DNA from: Podarcis bocagei
Taxonomy: Eukaryota
Strand: one strand, 5' to 3'
Length of the DNA: 64,000 bases
NCBI GenBank assembly: GCA_964188305.1
Contig: OZ076887.1
The translations under genes were made by a program, and so were the position numbers. How positions within the stretch are numbered: the stretch's first letter is position 1; every line of letters starts with the position of its first letter. This document shows, in pieces, positions 1 through 13,496 of the stretch. The notes under the pieces are model-generated. The model was not told the DNA's origin. It saw nothing but the letters and a program-made list of their open reading frames with translations, and did not search any database.

Positions 1-2120
1 GTTAATCCTATGAAATGTATTTTGATCTTTATCTATTGAAATTCAGTAGGAATCTGTTTGTTTGAATTATCAACTCTCTTTTATCTGTGTAAGTGCTGCA
101 TCATTTTTTGCATCTTGTATAAATATTTTGTTACCTGCTATCAGGAATCAGTAACTGCCGTACTCAAGTTGGAAGATAAAAAGGGAATTCCTTGAAAAGG
201 TGGCAGTTGAAGATGAAATCAAGACATTGACAAGAGCACCTAATTTCTCCTTGATATTGTCAGCTAGATTTGTCTCATGTCTTTGCTTCATCATGTGCAT
301 TATATTGCAGAATTTTATCATGTCACCTCTTATTTATTACTTTTCAATATTGCAGTGGTTTAACTTTGTGTTAGAATGGTGTTTTCTGCTTATAATATTG
401 TTGAGTAGGTAGCAATAAAAAGATACTGACATTTGATATTAAAGCACTTGGTATAGTATTTTTGGTTCATACCAGACGTCTACAATTAAAAGGTTTTTAG
501 TTAGCTAGCTAATGTTAATGAGTTGAAAGACTGGTAAAAATAGCTTATAGTATATCATTATCACATGTTTATAAGGTTTGGTAAATGAAATTGCCATACA
601 CTAGTGCATCATGTATTAAAATGTCCAAAAAGTTTTAATATAATATAATTTTAGTATAAAGGAGATCTATATTGATTGAAAGGACTGCATTTAAAATAAA
701 AGCAGGGAGGCATTTTGTCCCAAATGTTGCAGGGCTGTTTCTTCTGAAACATTTTCTATTGCCTGAATAGGTAGTAAAATGGAAATGTTTGACCTTGATA
801 TAAAGGATATTATTTCCTAAAGAGTTTGATTTTTCCATCAAGTGATAAAATCGGAGGACATTTTTGTTAACGTTGCAGGTTACTTTTTATATCTGCATTT
901 GCTTGCCACTTACCCTCTAAGTTGCTTCTTCAAGTCTCAGATGCTGTGGTGCTGAATCCCAGATTGGCTATTGAAACTAAATAGCTGACTAGTCAGAAAA
1001 AGACACAAAAATATTAATCTTCAGCTACAGAGAGAGGCAAGTCAAGGGTTGCTGTATGGAAGACACTCCTAGTTAAGTGGTTCTCATGTGGTTGGAAGAA
1101 CATGTCAAGGGCACTACACACTGCCCTCACTATAGGCAGGATTCTGAAGTGCTGCCAGTGACAATTTGTATGTTAAAGTGCCATGCCATTATAACATCTG
1201 TTTTGCTGAAGCCTCGCTGCTTCCATTTCTTCCTTCATTCTCCTAGCATCTGCTTATGGTTCCTTAAGTGGCCTGACAACTGTTTAAGGCCTATGGAAAT
1301 GAATTAAGTCACACTTGGTGGTAGCATTTTAAGCATTTAGTGCTTCGTATACACAACTGGTTTGTTTTTATTTGGTTCTTTGTAGCTGCAAGTGTTACAA
1401 ATGTTGCTTGCTGAAGGTAATCATATGATTGCTGAAGGTAATCATAACAAAGCTACAATATCTGAGAGTTTCCCACGAACTGAAAGAATAATATAAACCT
1501 CTAGTTCATGGGAAACTCAAAATACTGAAGATTTGTTATGATTCACTTCAACAAAACCTCCCGTGTAACTTTGAACCTTTAGTTCCATCATCTAACTTGG
1601 CAATCTAAATATTGTGTTAATGCAAATTAGTTAGGATATGACATGCAGCACAAGCGTCTATATAGTATAAATAAAATATATTCCACTTAAGGAAAACCAA
1701 CAACTTGCTGTGTGTCACACAGTAATGAGAATCTCTGGATCTTGATTAAACACCAGCTGCCACATCTGAAAAAGCCTCCTGAATGCCTAGGAACAAAGTG
1801 GTTATGCTGTGCACTTATAGGATATACATTTGCTTACTTGGCTTAAGAGGAAATAGGCACCCAGGAGTCAATCATGTTGTCCATGTTCCATCCTCGCTCA
1901 TGTGTAAATTAGGTGAGAAGAGGATAGCACACAAAACTTAAGATTTGTCATCAAAAAACAGCAAGACACCCCCTGTTGAAGGAGCAATAATATAATTGTA
2001 ATTGTATCATTGTAAACTGGAACTGTTATTGGGATGAACCCATTCTGTTTCTTCAATGGTAAGCTTAAATGGTGGCATTCAGAAATCCTGTTTACTTTAC
2101 ATGCCAGGGAACTGTTAGAA

Positions 2121-2258
2121 CAGCTTTTCCATGCCTTGGGGTCTCAGATGTTGATGTTAGATTACAAACCCCATCATCCCCAGCCATTATGGCCAACGAT
2201 CAGGGATGATAGGGGTGGTAGTCGAGAAACACCCAGGGACCCAAAATTGAGAATGCTG
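2121..2258. mobile_element. Palindromic hAT MITE, older copy
   Basis: Core ccatcatccc...gggatgat; 8-bp TSD tgttagaa / tgtttgaa. Confidence 0.7.
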
Positions 2259-3454
2259 TGTTTGAAGCTTGCTTTGTTACTCTGCAAGTATGCATGCAAT
2301 AAACAGAGTATCAGTTCTGTGGATCTCTGCATTCCCAAACTTGGGAGGTTTGATTTTAAATTTAAGCAATCATTAATTCCAGTTTAAAATAAAATAGGTT
2401 TAGTAGTACTGCAAAGATTCTTTCTTGTACAGTTCGTGAGATCATACCCGTATTTCTGCTTTCAATGTGTATTAGGGCTTATACAAAATATGTCTTGGCC
2501 TCTGGTGTTGCTCTTGATCTGTAGCTAGTATAGCGCTACAAATATTTAGCTTTCTGTTGACCTTTTGAATTGTTTGCACCTTGGTAAAAGTGTGTGTGTG
2601 TGCATGATATAAAATATTTTGCCTGGTACTATAAATGCCAAACGTTCTGCCATGGTCACTAACCTTCAACAATGGAGAGGTCAGAGAAGATTTTTTCCAA
2701 CCCTTTAGGACTCTGTATAAAGGGCATTGCATTATACATTGGGGAAACTTCTCCAAAGCCCAGAATGTTCACATAGTAAGTTGGTCCCATTCAGACAAAT
2801 TCTTTTTAAAGATCTGCAAGGACTTTGTATGAAGTAGAATGTGATAAAAGAATACAAAACAAAGTGGTCACCTTTAGAAAACAAAAGGCAGCAAAAGGGG
2901 GAAGAGAAGGTATGACAGGCACACTAGGAACACAGAAGAAAGAAATTGCTTTGAAAACCATGTTCGTATTTCCCCATAAATCATTCTGCTGAGATCATTT
3001 CAAAATGGTGTTGGACTTCCCTGTGTGCTTTTAGAATGAAGTCCTCATGGTGTGCTAGAGGAACAAATCGCCTTTGTGTTACTGGCTTACTGTGGGTGAC
3101 AAAGATTGAAAGACACAGGCTTTCTTAATATAGTCTGCTCTGATTTCATATCAGAAAATGCATAAGGGTGTTGGAGGATTTTACACTATTTTTGCTTTGC
3201 TTTGCTTTGCTTTTATTGTTACTTTCTGTGATGAAGTATTGGCGTTCTAGTATTATTCCCTCTGACAGGTGAACATAAATAAATGGCAGGAAATGATAGT
3301 GAAGCAATTAAAAACAAGCCTTAGTGTTTATTTAGCTTAGTGGTAGAGCACATTCTCCATTCCCTCCATGATGCTTCTTTTGACCGTAGAGGGATGTGCA
3401 ACACAAAGCAGAACAGATGGGAACTCGTGTGTTTAAGAACATTAGAGAAGAGTT

Positions 3455-3640
3455 GTATGTTAGTGGCATAGCAGATGCTTTGCATGCAGAAGGTTCCACA
3501 TTCAATCTCTGAATAGCTCAGATAGGAATGGGAAAGATTCCTGTCTGCAGCCCTGGACCCCTTCAATGTAGACAGTACTGAGCTTGATGAGCCAGAGGTC
3601 TGACTTAGTATATGACAGGCTGGTATGTTCATATATGTTC
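3455..3640 (+). mobile_element. tRNA-derived squamate SINE, degraded
   Basis: Head gctttgcatgcagaaggttcc...ttcaatc and tail gtagacagtactgagct.gatg..ccagaggtctgact.agtat...tatgttc. Confidence 0.65.
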
Positions 3641-3674
3641 AACTGATTCCCTTCTCCTTCCTTAGCTTCCTTTC

Positions 3675-3835
3675 AGTGGTGTCCAGACTTTTTTCAAAGA
3701 GGGCCAGATTTGATGAAGTGGAAGGCTGTGAGGGCCGACCACAGGGCCAACCAAAGTTGTTGACCTTTAGAATTGATTAGGATTTTACCCCAGGAAATAA
3801 ACTGCCACAGGGGCCGGATTAAACCGGCCAGCGGT
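3675..3835 (+). mobile_element. hAT non-autonomous element, truncated
   Basis: Terminus cagtggtgtccagactttttt...gggccagattt and subterminal gggccggatt motifs. Confidence 0.6.
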
Positions 3836-4164
3836 TTACTAGAGAGGATTATTTTAATTTCTTGCTGGTTAACTTGCGCCATACAAATGTTACTAGACTT
3901 GGCTAAACGCATCTTCCTCGAAGGGTCTGGAGCTGTGGAGCCCATGAAAACATGTCAAAGAAAAGAAATTGTTTCAATTCATTCCATCCTTTATGCAATC
4001 TGAGGATCAATCCCAGCATATTAATATAATATACTGACAGGATTCCTACTTTATCTTGTTGCTTCTGGTGTACCAATATCCTCCAGAAGGTTTCATATCC
4101 CTGACAATTTTACAAGACTGGAATATAGGCACTTAAGATGATCTTTTTGGTTTTATCTTTCTCC

Positions 4165-4296
4165 TACACCTTTGGCCCTACAGATGTTGCTGAACTACAT
4201 CTGCCATCATCCTTGGCCATTGGCCATGCTTCTTCTTGAGGCTGAGGGGAATTGTCATTCAGTTACATCTGGTGCGCCAAAGGTTCCCCACACCTC
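4165..4296. mobile_element. Palindromic hAT MITE, older copy
   Basis: Inverted ends acctttggc..cagatgttgctgaactac / ttcagttacatctgg..gccaaaggt. Confidence 0.7.
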
Positions 4297-5726
4297 TCCC
4301 ACATTAAGGAATACAATTAATGGGTGAATTCTCCATGAATCAGCAGAGATGTCTGCAGGTGCATTGTGGGGAATAAGTCTTTTTACTCCCTTATCAGTAT
4401 TACCGGGCAGATTTGGCAAGTAACTTTGGATAGAAAATAACTCAGGTTACAGCATACTGTGCAGTTCATGGTAGGAGATTTCAAGGATTGTTGAAGGCTA
4501 TCTGTTGGGACTGTGGATTGAAGTGAAGATTATTTGAAGTGGTTTTAGGAGGAAGAAGTTGGAAAATTGCCAGTCTTCAGAGCTTAGAACCCTATCAGTT
4601 GCAGGACTTTGAAAGCAATTGAACTTTGGGTGTGGCTGTGGCCTTTAACACAGCAAGGACTTTGAAGCAAAGAACCCTCTCTGGACTCAGAGAGGGAAGA
4701 CTATTTGCAACATCTGTAAATAATGTGTATAGTGGTATACGTTGGTGTTGGCCTACTAAAGGCCAACACTTCTAAATGGCTGTTTCCTTTGGTGAGCTTA
4801 ACCATTTGACTGAGTTTCCGCAGCACATGTAGCCAACAACCCCAACATCCCATACAAATAACTTGAATTCCAAAATGAGTGGTAGAGTTGTGTACCGACA
4901 TACTGGTGATACCTCCAAGTAGCAGTGTAGTTTATAAGGAACAGAGGACATGCCGAGAAATTTGCCCACATTTGTTGATTTATTTGAATGGCCTAAATTT
5001 TTCAAAAGAGTAGCAGGGCCAGAAAAATTACCAGAACTTATATGTTGTTTCATGCATAAGTATCACTATATAGAAGGTGAATATACAATATGGCCATTGT
5101 AAAACATAATAGTGTGGAACATTATCCCTATTGTTTCTTTTTCTTATTCCTATTAATCTGATATCTAAAATGATTCTTCAGTGTTTCCAAGCTCAAACAT
5201 TTCTTAATTTAAGAGAAATTAATTCTCTAGACCACTGAAATGAATTTGCAGTTAATGTCACCCTATATCCTTGGGGCTAAAGACTATTTTTGTATAAAAA
5301 TTGCTTTGTTCTGAAAAGTAAAGGAAGAAATTAAGTTGGAGATTAGAACATTTTCCCCAGGTGAGGCTGATCAGACAGTAGAAGGTCTGACAAAGAAAGG
5401 CCAGAAATGTTTTGTCCTTAGAAGCTGAAGAAAGGAGCGAGGAGAAGAAAAAGCACTCTGAAAAAGCACTCCGGAAGCAATCTTCCACTGATGTACTGGG
5501 ATAAACTGTGATCCCTGAGAGAGATAGCTCCTGCTTCTATTCCCATCAGCGAAAAGCCATGCTTGACAAGATTCTTCTCTAGAGATTTGTCTTTCAAGAA
5601 TTAGAAGTTTTTCATCTTGGATGTTTTTAATCATAGACAAGAAAATTAAGCTATAGTAATATACCAGATACAATGAAAGCTCAAACATATATGCTAGCCC
5701 ACAAAAGGAAAAGACTTACTTGTATA

Positions 5727-5968
5727 CAGTGGTACCTCGGGTTACATACGCTTCAGGTTACATACGCTTCAGGTTACAGACTCCGCTAACCCAGAAGTAG
5801 TACCTCGGGTTAAGAACTTTGCTTCAGGATGAGAACAGAAATCGTGCTCCGGCGGCGCAGCAGCAGCAGGAGGCCCCATTAGCTAAAGTGGTGCTTCAGA
5901 TTAAGAACAGTTTCAGGTTAAGAACGCACCTCTGGAACGAATTAAGTACTTAACCCGAGGTACCACTG
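5727..5968 (+). mobile_element. Tc1/mariner (Tigger-like) MITE, family A, copy 1
   Basis: TIR cagtggtacctcgggtta / taacccgaggtaccactg, TA TSD, internal tandem 16-mer ggttacatacgcttca. Confidence 0.92.
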
Positions 5969-8586
5969 TACAATAAACTATTTAAAAACGGTCCTGCAAC
6001 AGATTGACACAGTTACATCTCTCACTGGTTTTTAAAGAACTTGTGGGCCTTTTGTTTGAAAGTGGGGCAACCAGTGTTATGTCAGTGGTAAACAAGTTAG
6101 TGAGAATCTGTCTTTTTATATGTTCCATAGTCACATTGTCTTAAAGTGTTAGAAAGGTGAGCCATTTTGTATATTAGTTGACAGTATTGTGGTAATTTTT
6201 TTTAAAACCAAACATCCCTTTTCGTCTGACATAAGTTGAAGCATTTGTGGGGCACATTACACACCATTCATATTCTTATTTTCAAAGAAAATAACAGACA
6301 GAGTTCCTGGGAAGAAGATAATTCTGCTGCTTTGCCCACATCCCTTTAATTCAGAAGACCAAATTCTGAAAAGTGTGACAGTGATTCACTTAACTCAAAA
6401 ATTTGATCATGCCTGAAGCTTGAGATTTTTCCCCTTAGCATAGAAGATGAGAATAAAGAAGCTGAAAAATTATAGGGTTCCTCAGGGCTAATCACAATCA
6501 CATTCATGAGGGTTGGGCCAAACATGATTGCATTTACAAGTGCACGTTTTTCCAGCTGATGCTTTTAAAACTTTTTAAATCATGTAACTTTAATTAAAAC
6601 TACTGCAGTATTTATACTGGAAGGTTGAGTGCACTTGTGCAAAGCAAATGGTAACTCATTACAAGAGGTTTATTCCTTTATAAATTACTTAAATGTAAAT
6701 AGTTGGAGACCAAAATGGACTTGTTTACTAGGCTTATGCAGCTAATCATTACCTTTGATTTGTCACTTGGAATCTTAGCATTCTGATATTTTCTCTTAAT
6801 GGAGAATTTATTCTTACTCTGTTCTCATACACACAACCTGTCTGATTTTGTTTTCTCCTTGTGGTACCGCAAGCATGTGCATTATGATCCCACCCCCCCC
6901 CCGGAACATTTTGTAGTACCTTTCCACTCCAAATATATGGAAAAGGCATTGTTCCCCCACCCCAAAACCAGGGATTCAGAAGGCTCAAAGGTTTATTTGT
7001 TGGATTATTTGATTTTTAAAAGTCACACAAGTAAAGACTACTACTCAAACTTTGAGAGGCTATTTCCTCAGCTGGTTGCAACAACAGTACAGTATTCAGA
7101 ATTTCAGAAACTGATTCCTTGAGCAAAGTGGGCTGAAAGAGCAGATATTTCCTTTGTAGTTTAAGTGTTTATAATCCACACTTTCATAAAAATATATCAT
7201 GGTGGTATACCACATACATAACAAAACCCGTTAAAACATAAATAGACATCAGTTAATTTCTGCTGTATAGATTAGAACATGCCTCTGTAGACTAGATCAT
7301 GCAGTGCCGATTTGTACCTGTGAATTATTTGTGGCTTGGCCAGGCAAATACCATGTGTGTGAATTGGCAGATTGCGCAAACAGCTGGCAACAGTTTAGTG
7401 ATAACAGCAGCACTTTCTAACTTTTTAACATGGAAACTTGCTGCTGACTGTATCTGTGAAATTCTGCCACAAATCTTTGTTCTAAGGATGATGAATATCC
7501 CACAGATAGGTGCTGGTATGCTTACTTATTTCATTAACAATTAGATTATAACTTTGTGTGCATTTGATTACACATGAGTTTGCCCTACAGACCTATAGGT
7601 GCATGCTTCCTGGTCTATATTAGCCTGGTTCACACAATGGTAAACAAGAAACTATGTCTTACTATGAATAGGCAACAAGCTCAATTGCACCCATTCCTTT
7701 CCCCCCTGTGCTATACAGGAGATAACCAGAGCACTGTCTTAGTATCACATGATAATCAATGCTTATGGTTTGTTTCACTACAGTTAACCACAAACAGAAA
7801 ACAAGGGTTGTTCTTGGCTTTCTGATTCTGGCTTGTTTGAGGAAAACAATTCATACTAATCCAGTGCTCTCCTTTGTTTCCTCCTGGTGGAGTACAGGCG
7901 GGGAGAGGGGCTGGTATGATTAAAATAATGTAAACTGCTTGTTCACAGTAAGCCATGGTTTGCTTTAGACCGTGGCTTTCCATTGCATGCGGACAGTGAC
8001 ATTGTAAACTATGCAAACTTAAGCAATAATGCCAATGCGTTGGATTAGGAGATCATACAGTTTCTGAAGTCTTGAAGGTGATGGGATATCAGTCCGCACT
8101 TTCAGAAATGTGCATGGGGGGGGGGAATGCCCAGTTCTCCTCCCCACCCTGTGAGTCAGTGACTCTTAATGGGAAAAAGGAGCCCTCACTTGTTTAAGCA
8201 CTCCCTACAAACCAGGATCAATTATGCTTTATGTATAGAACAAGGAATGAGAGTGTACTGCTAGCTCTGCCATCAGCATATATTCATTGAGTGCTAGCTT
8301 TAGAGACCTCATACATAGAGAGAGACTCCTCTTGTTCACACACAAAACATGAACTTTGGGGGTGGGACTTCCCCAACAGTGTGATATTGGGTTAGGCCAA
8401 TATTCACTACTTTTGTAGAGAGGCAATTGCTGTTCAGAGCAGAAGGGTTCAGCCACAAGCAATTCTTGTTTTTGTTTCAATTAACTTTTAGACAACTTTT
8501 TTGTTTGGCCTGGAAATTTGATGTTTAAGTTGATTGATGTTCCAAGAAAGCAGTCCAATTTACAAATTGATGTTCATGTTAATATA

Positions 8587-8797
8587 TAGTGGTACCTCGG
8601 GTTACAAACACTTTGGGTTACAAACTCCGCTAACCCGGAAGTAGTACCTCAGGTTGAGAACTTTGCCCCAGGATGAGAACAGAAATTGCGCGGCAGCGGG
8701 AGGCCCCATTAGCGAAAGTGTGCCTCAGGTTAAGAACGGTTTTGGGTTAAGAACGGACCTCCAGAACTAATTAATTTCGTAACCTGAGGTACCACTG
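8587..8797 (+). mobile_element. Tigger-like MITE family A, copy 2 (diverged)
   Basis: Same TIRs and internal sequence as 5727-5968; TA TSD. Confidence 0.88.
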
Positions 8798-9967
8798 TAA
8801 TAGCAGAAGTATATATACATTATTTGAACTCTTAATGGTACTTCTTGGCTGTAAACTGATTTATCATATGCCTTTTGACTGGTTAACTGAGTAAATAAAT
8901 GGTGTATTATCAAAGCCTCAACAAAGATAGTTTCCTATCCACTCATCCTGAGTTGCTGGCTGTTTGAAGTAAAAACCATTTTTAATATTTTGCATTTCTG
9001 TTCCCTTTTAAAGTAATAAACTAGGATCAAACAAACTTCCAAAAAAAGAAGCAAACTTGTTTTTAATTCACAACTTCACAGATTGAACTGACTAAAGTTG
9101 GTACCTACAAATTAATAAACTAAACTTTTTCCTGGATTAAGGCTTGCTGCATACTTCAACTATTAAGAATATATTTACCGTAAGTGTTTCCTAACCCTCT
9201 TTACTTAATTTACAGGGACACATATGTTAGCAAAGAAGTAGTAGCAATTTATAAATTATGCTTGTAAATCTGTTACATGAACTTCTTGCCATTGCTTTTG
9301 TGCCCTTTCCCAAGAATATAAATGCAGTGTGCAAGCAAGCAGCTTTCCTATTACTAGTTGGGCCTTGACATTTTACGGTTTCAAGTGTTTTCTCAGTGTT
9401 GACTGTTTGCTGTTTTTATTTTACTAAGAAATGTATACTCCACCTGATTTAAAGAAAAAGTGCTCGAAGTATGTCATAAATGAGCAATAAAAAGGAAAAA
9501 TAAAACCAAAGAATAAATTAAAGCAACCAATTTGAAATGTTTTGGGTTTTATCTGCAGATTAGCAAAAGACACCTTAGGACTTTCCACTGTGCTCCCTTT
9601 CTTTCTGCTGCTTTGAGTTGGCATTGAAAGCTGCATTGAGAAGCGGTAAATTGCTTAAAATTGGACAGATGCTTGTGAGACTAGGATATCTTCTTATGTA
9701 GGCTGTTCCCACCCTTTACCTGAGGGTCTCCAGACATTCAGGTTGTTTGGGGAGGAGGGTGCAATAAGGACAAGGGAGTCATTGCATGAGATGCCTTTTA
9801 GTTACAAAACAAACTGGTGCTCTAGAATTAGTTGAAACTTGCTTTGTACCACTTTAAAAGATGGTGCTTAATACTCTGAATCCATCAGGTAAGCCAAAAG
9901 GTTAAATGACTGTTAAGTAGAATCGTATACATGCATGATAAGTCTGAGATGTGATGAAGGGACTAAT

Positions 9968-10011
9968 TAATAAGATCTAATTATCGTTCTAATAAGATCT
10001 AATTATCGTTC
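9968..10011. repeat. Perfect 22-bp tandem duplication
   Basis: taataagatctaattatcgttc x2. Confidence 0.9.
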
Positions 10012-13000
10012 GTATGCAAAGCAAAGTTTTACCACTTTGTGGACAGCATAAATGGAAATTGACAAGGAAGTGATGAAAGTCTGTTCAAGTTTGGACCAAT
10101 TTCCTGTTAATCCTAAACTTGGAAGACTTGGGTGAAAAGCATGTCCAGGCTACAGTTCTGCTACTGTGGTATTTCAAAGCAAATAATTCATCAAACTTAT
10201 AAAGTATTGGGAGTTTGAAGTTTATAGTGGACATGTTGAGAGGTCATATTTGTGATTTTAGCATACATAACTGTCTCAGTAAGCCCTACTTATTGCATAT
10301 ACACTTGAAGGATATCTTGTATAGTCTTGTTAGACTCCTAATTACTAATGAAACTTGCCTTTAGATGTGTGACCTTTCACTTGGTTAAGTGCCATTTGGT
10401 ATTCTTGTAGGCTATAGAGCAAAACCAATAATGTGTTTTGCATTTAACCACAATTCCAGTTAGCTTACCATACTATCAGCAGTGAGGTGTGGTTGAAGAT
10501 TTTCCATGGGGGGAGAAAACCGAAACAAAATATTTCATAAGATTAGTAAAATAATGAATAGATAATACCAGTCAAACTGGGAACTTTTAAAGTAGTGATT
10601 CAGTGGATGGTATTCAGCCATGTTTTACTCGGGGAATTAATTAGCACGAATCTAAGTTAGATTTATTTTAGTAGATCAATTCTGATTAAAATTTGGTTGA
10701 ATACTATCCACTGTGTTTTTCAGCTTATACTTTTGCAAAAGTCTATCTAACACATAGCTCTCTGGGCATGTTAAAATTAATGTGTTAGTTGGTTTCAGTG
10801 CTTTATTCTTTCTTAATTTAAACCACGCAAAGGAAGCACGTGCTATTCAGTTGTTGTGTCTTACAGTATTTACAAGGATTACAAGCAAGAGTTTCCAATT
10901 AAAGCTTTGAATATAATAATTAAACCAAAATAGTTTCTTTCTCACATGCCATCCACATGTAGAGCAAACATGTAAAGCAGGGTTTCTCAGCCTTTTAAAC
11001 TCACGCCCCTTTTAAGCGAATATAAAAACCCCACAGACCCCCTTCAAACCTGGCTCCCAGAATTGTTTTATTTTGATTTTAATTTTCAAAAGGATTGAAA
11101 CATGATCTTTAATTATAAATAATATGTTGGGCTTGACAATAAGAATGAATCAAAGTATTTATAATTTTAAAAAAACATTTATTTTTTAAAAAGCCACATG
11201 AAATTTTAAATTTGGCTTCAGTTATTATTAATGTGAACTTTGATGCTGCATGCTTATCACAAACTTTTGGATTTTTGACTTTCACATCAGCATGCTTAAT
11301 AATTTTGTGTGTGTGTGTGAGTGAGTGATTAAGACACAAGTTTTGTTTAGCATTATAAACACTGTTAGACTGCAGTTTTCCCACTCTTAGATGAAACACA
11401 GGTTCTGCAATTGTGTTGCTACTGTAAAAGAAAAAAGACTTCCCCGAAGAACCGCCAGTTCTGGAGGAGGAGGCACAGAGCAGATGTCTTCCCAGATAAT
11501 TTCGGTAAATGGGGAGGAGAATATATTCATATCAGTTCCCAGTGTTGCCATGGTAGTTTTTGCCGCCGATCAGCTGTTGGTTCCATCAGTTTCAGCTCTG
11601 CACTGATAAACTTTTTAATCTAAGCAAATCAATAGTTGCTTGGATAGCTCATTATAGACACCATTATTCCTTTTTTTCTTTTAAAGCTAATACTTGGAAA
11701 ATATTGCTTCCAGCAGAACAAAAGCTGGAAGTGAATTATACCCGTACTTTTACGCTCCCTAACCTTTCAGCTTCTCTTTGGAACTACTGTATCATGTCTA
11801 TAGTTGGTTTTTCACTTTACCAATGTTTTCATAGGTATTACTTTCCTAAGGAGAGCAATTCCTCAGCTTCCCTCTTTGGAGTCACTCTTAAATGTATGTT
11901 TATGGTTCTCTTCTCCCTGTGCCTGTTGCTGCATGAAGGGCCTTATGTTCTTCATCACACACCAGTTGTATAATTGTTTAATCTTAACACTTAGTACAGT
12001 TGTGTTAACTCTGCTTGTCAGCTCATTAATCACTTAGTATAAAAACTTGACTACTCTGCTTCATAACAGATTGCACAGAGTTTGTCCCTTTCAAGGACAT
12101 GCCTGCAAATGCTATGAACTGAACATGCCCATAAAGGCCAGGAAATGAATACTTAGTTTTGTCATTGTCACTTTCACTCTTAGATTAGACAACTTTTTTG
12201 TACTGCTTATCCTTGCATCCTGGGAGCCTCTCTGAATTGGAAATCATTTGAAGATAGTGACATAGAAGATATGCTGCCCTTGGCATTATTATAAAGTGTT
12301 TATGTATTAGCAGGGAGTTCTCCATCGCTTTTTCTCCTCTTGTTGAATCTAAATTTTTTGCCATAGTACTTTTGAATTAGTACTAAAACAGATCCTACCC
12401 TGGTTGGTTTTATACCTTTTCAACTTTGTAATTTGACAGTAGTTCGAAGTTGATTTTAAGATGATGGTTTGTTGCAGTTTGGTAACTATAGTTTCCAGGT
12501 TTAGACATAGCAGGAAGCCGTGGTTAATTAACCAGGAGATTTTTGATTGTTGCAGACTGAGAAGGAAGAAAGGCCACAGAATGACGTTAACAACAGAAGT
12601 GCAGGCACAAGGCTTGTGTGTGTGTCTTCATTTATTTAGCCTAGATCATATACCTCTGACCAGGCCACTGTTTCCTTTGTTGAAGGCTGCTTCTACAATT
12701 TTTAACAGCCTTTTCAAAGGGGGCTTGGAACACCTCTTTTGTGAGAGATATCCCAAATATTATACTTTGCCCGCCGTAGAATACAGAGATTAGCACAGTG
12801 CTTGCTTTAGCAGGAGCCAATATGTGTTTGGGGTTGCCGTTTAGTATACCTTCACTAATAAGGGAAAATAATGCTGCCCTGGGGGCTGTCAGATTGATAT
12901 TACAGATTGAAGAATGAGATATTACAATGAACAAATTTTAGTCTTTGGAAGAGTAAATGGCTGTTAGTAGCAAGAGAAAGGTAGATGACGGCATGCCTCA

Positions 13001-13034
13001 TTCACAAAGTTTCTGTCCTTAAGTTCCTTAAATA

Positions 13035-13496
13035 TCGTATTTTTCGCTCTATAGGATGCACCGGATCATAGGACGCACCAGACCATAGGAGGGGGAGAAC
13101 AGGGGGGGGGGGAATCTTGTTCTCCCCCTCTAAAACAAGGTTCGCTCTGTGCGTTCAAGGTGCGTTCACCCGGAGCCCAGCGGCGCTCCGCCTTCCTGCT
13201 GCCCCCGAGCTTGTGGGGCTGGCGGTGGGGGGAAGCGTTGCAGCCTTCCCCCCACCTTCGTACAGCCTTCGTAGCCTCTGCAGGGCAGCGGGGTGAAGGC
13301 ACCCCGCTGCCCTGCAGAGGCTTTGTGCAGCTAACCCCAAGCTAGAACAGCGAGACTGAGCGCTGCACAGCGCTCGGTCTCCCTGTTCTGGCTTTGGGCT
13401 TAGCCGCGCAGCCTGCATTCACTCTATAGGACGCACACATATTTCCCCTTAATTTTTGGAGGGGAAAAAGTGCGCCCTATAGAGCGAAAAATACGG
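13035..13496. mobile_element. Tc1/mariner (Tc2/pogo-like) non-autonomous element
   Basis: TIR cgtatttttcgctctatagg..gcac / gtgcgccctatagagcgaaaaatacgg; TA TSD; GC-rich interior that explains the ORFs called here. Confidence 0.85.

Noticed and set aside
13035-13496. GC/CpG-rich island as an alternative promoter, with overlapping ORFs
   Set aside because: Lies entirely between transposon TIRs with a TA TSD.
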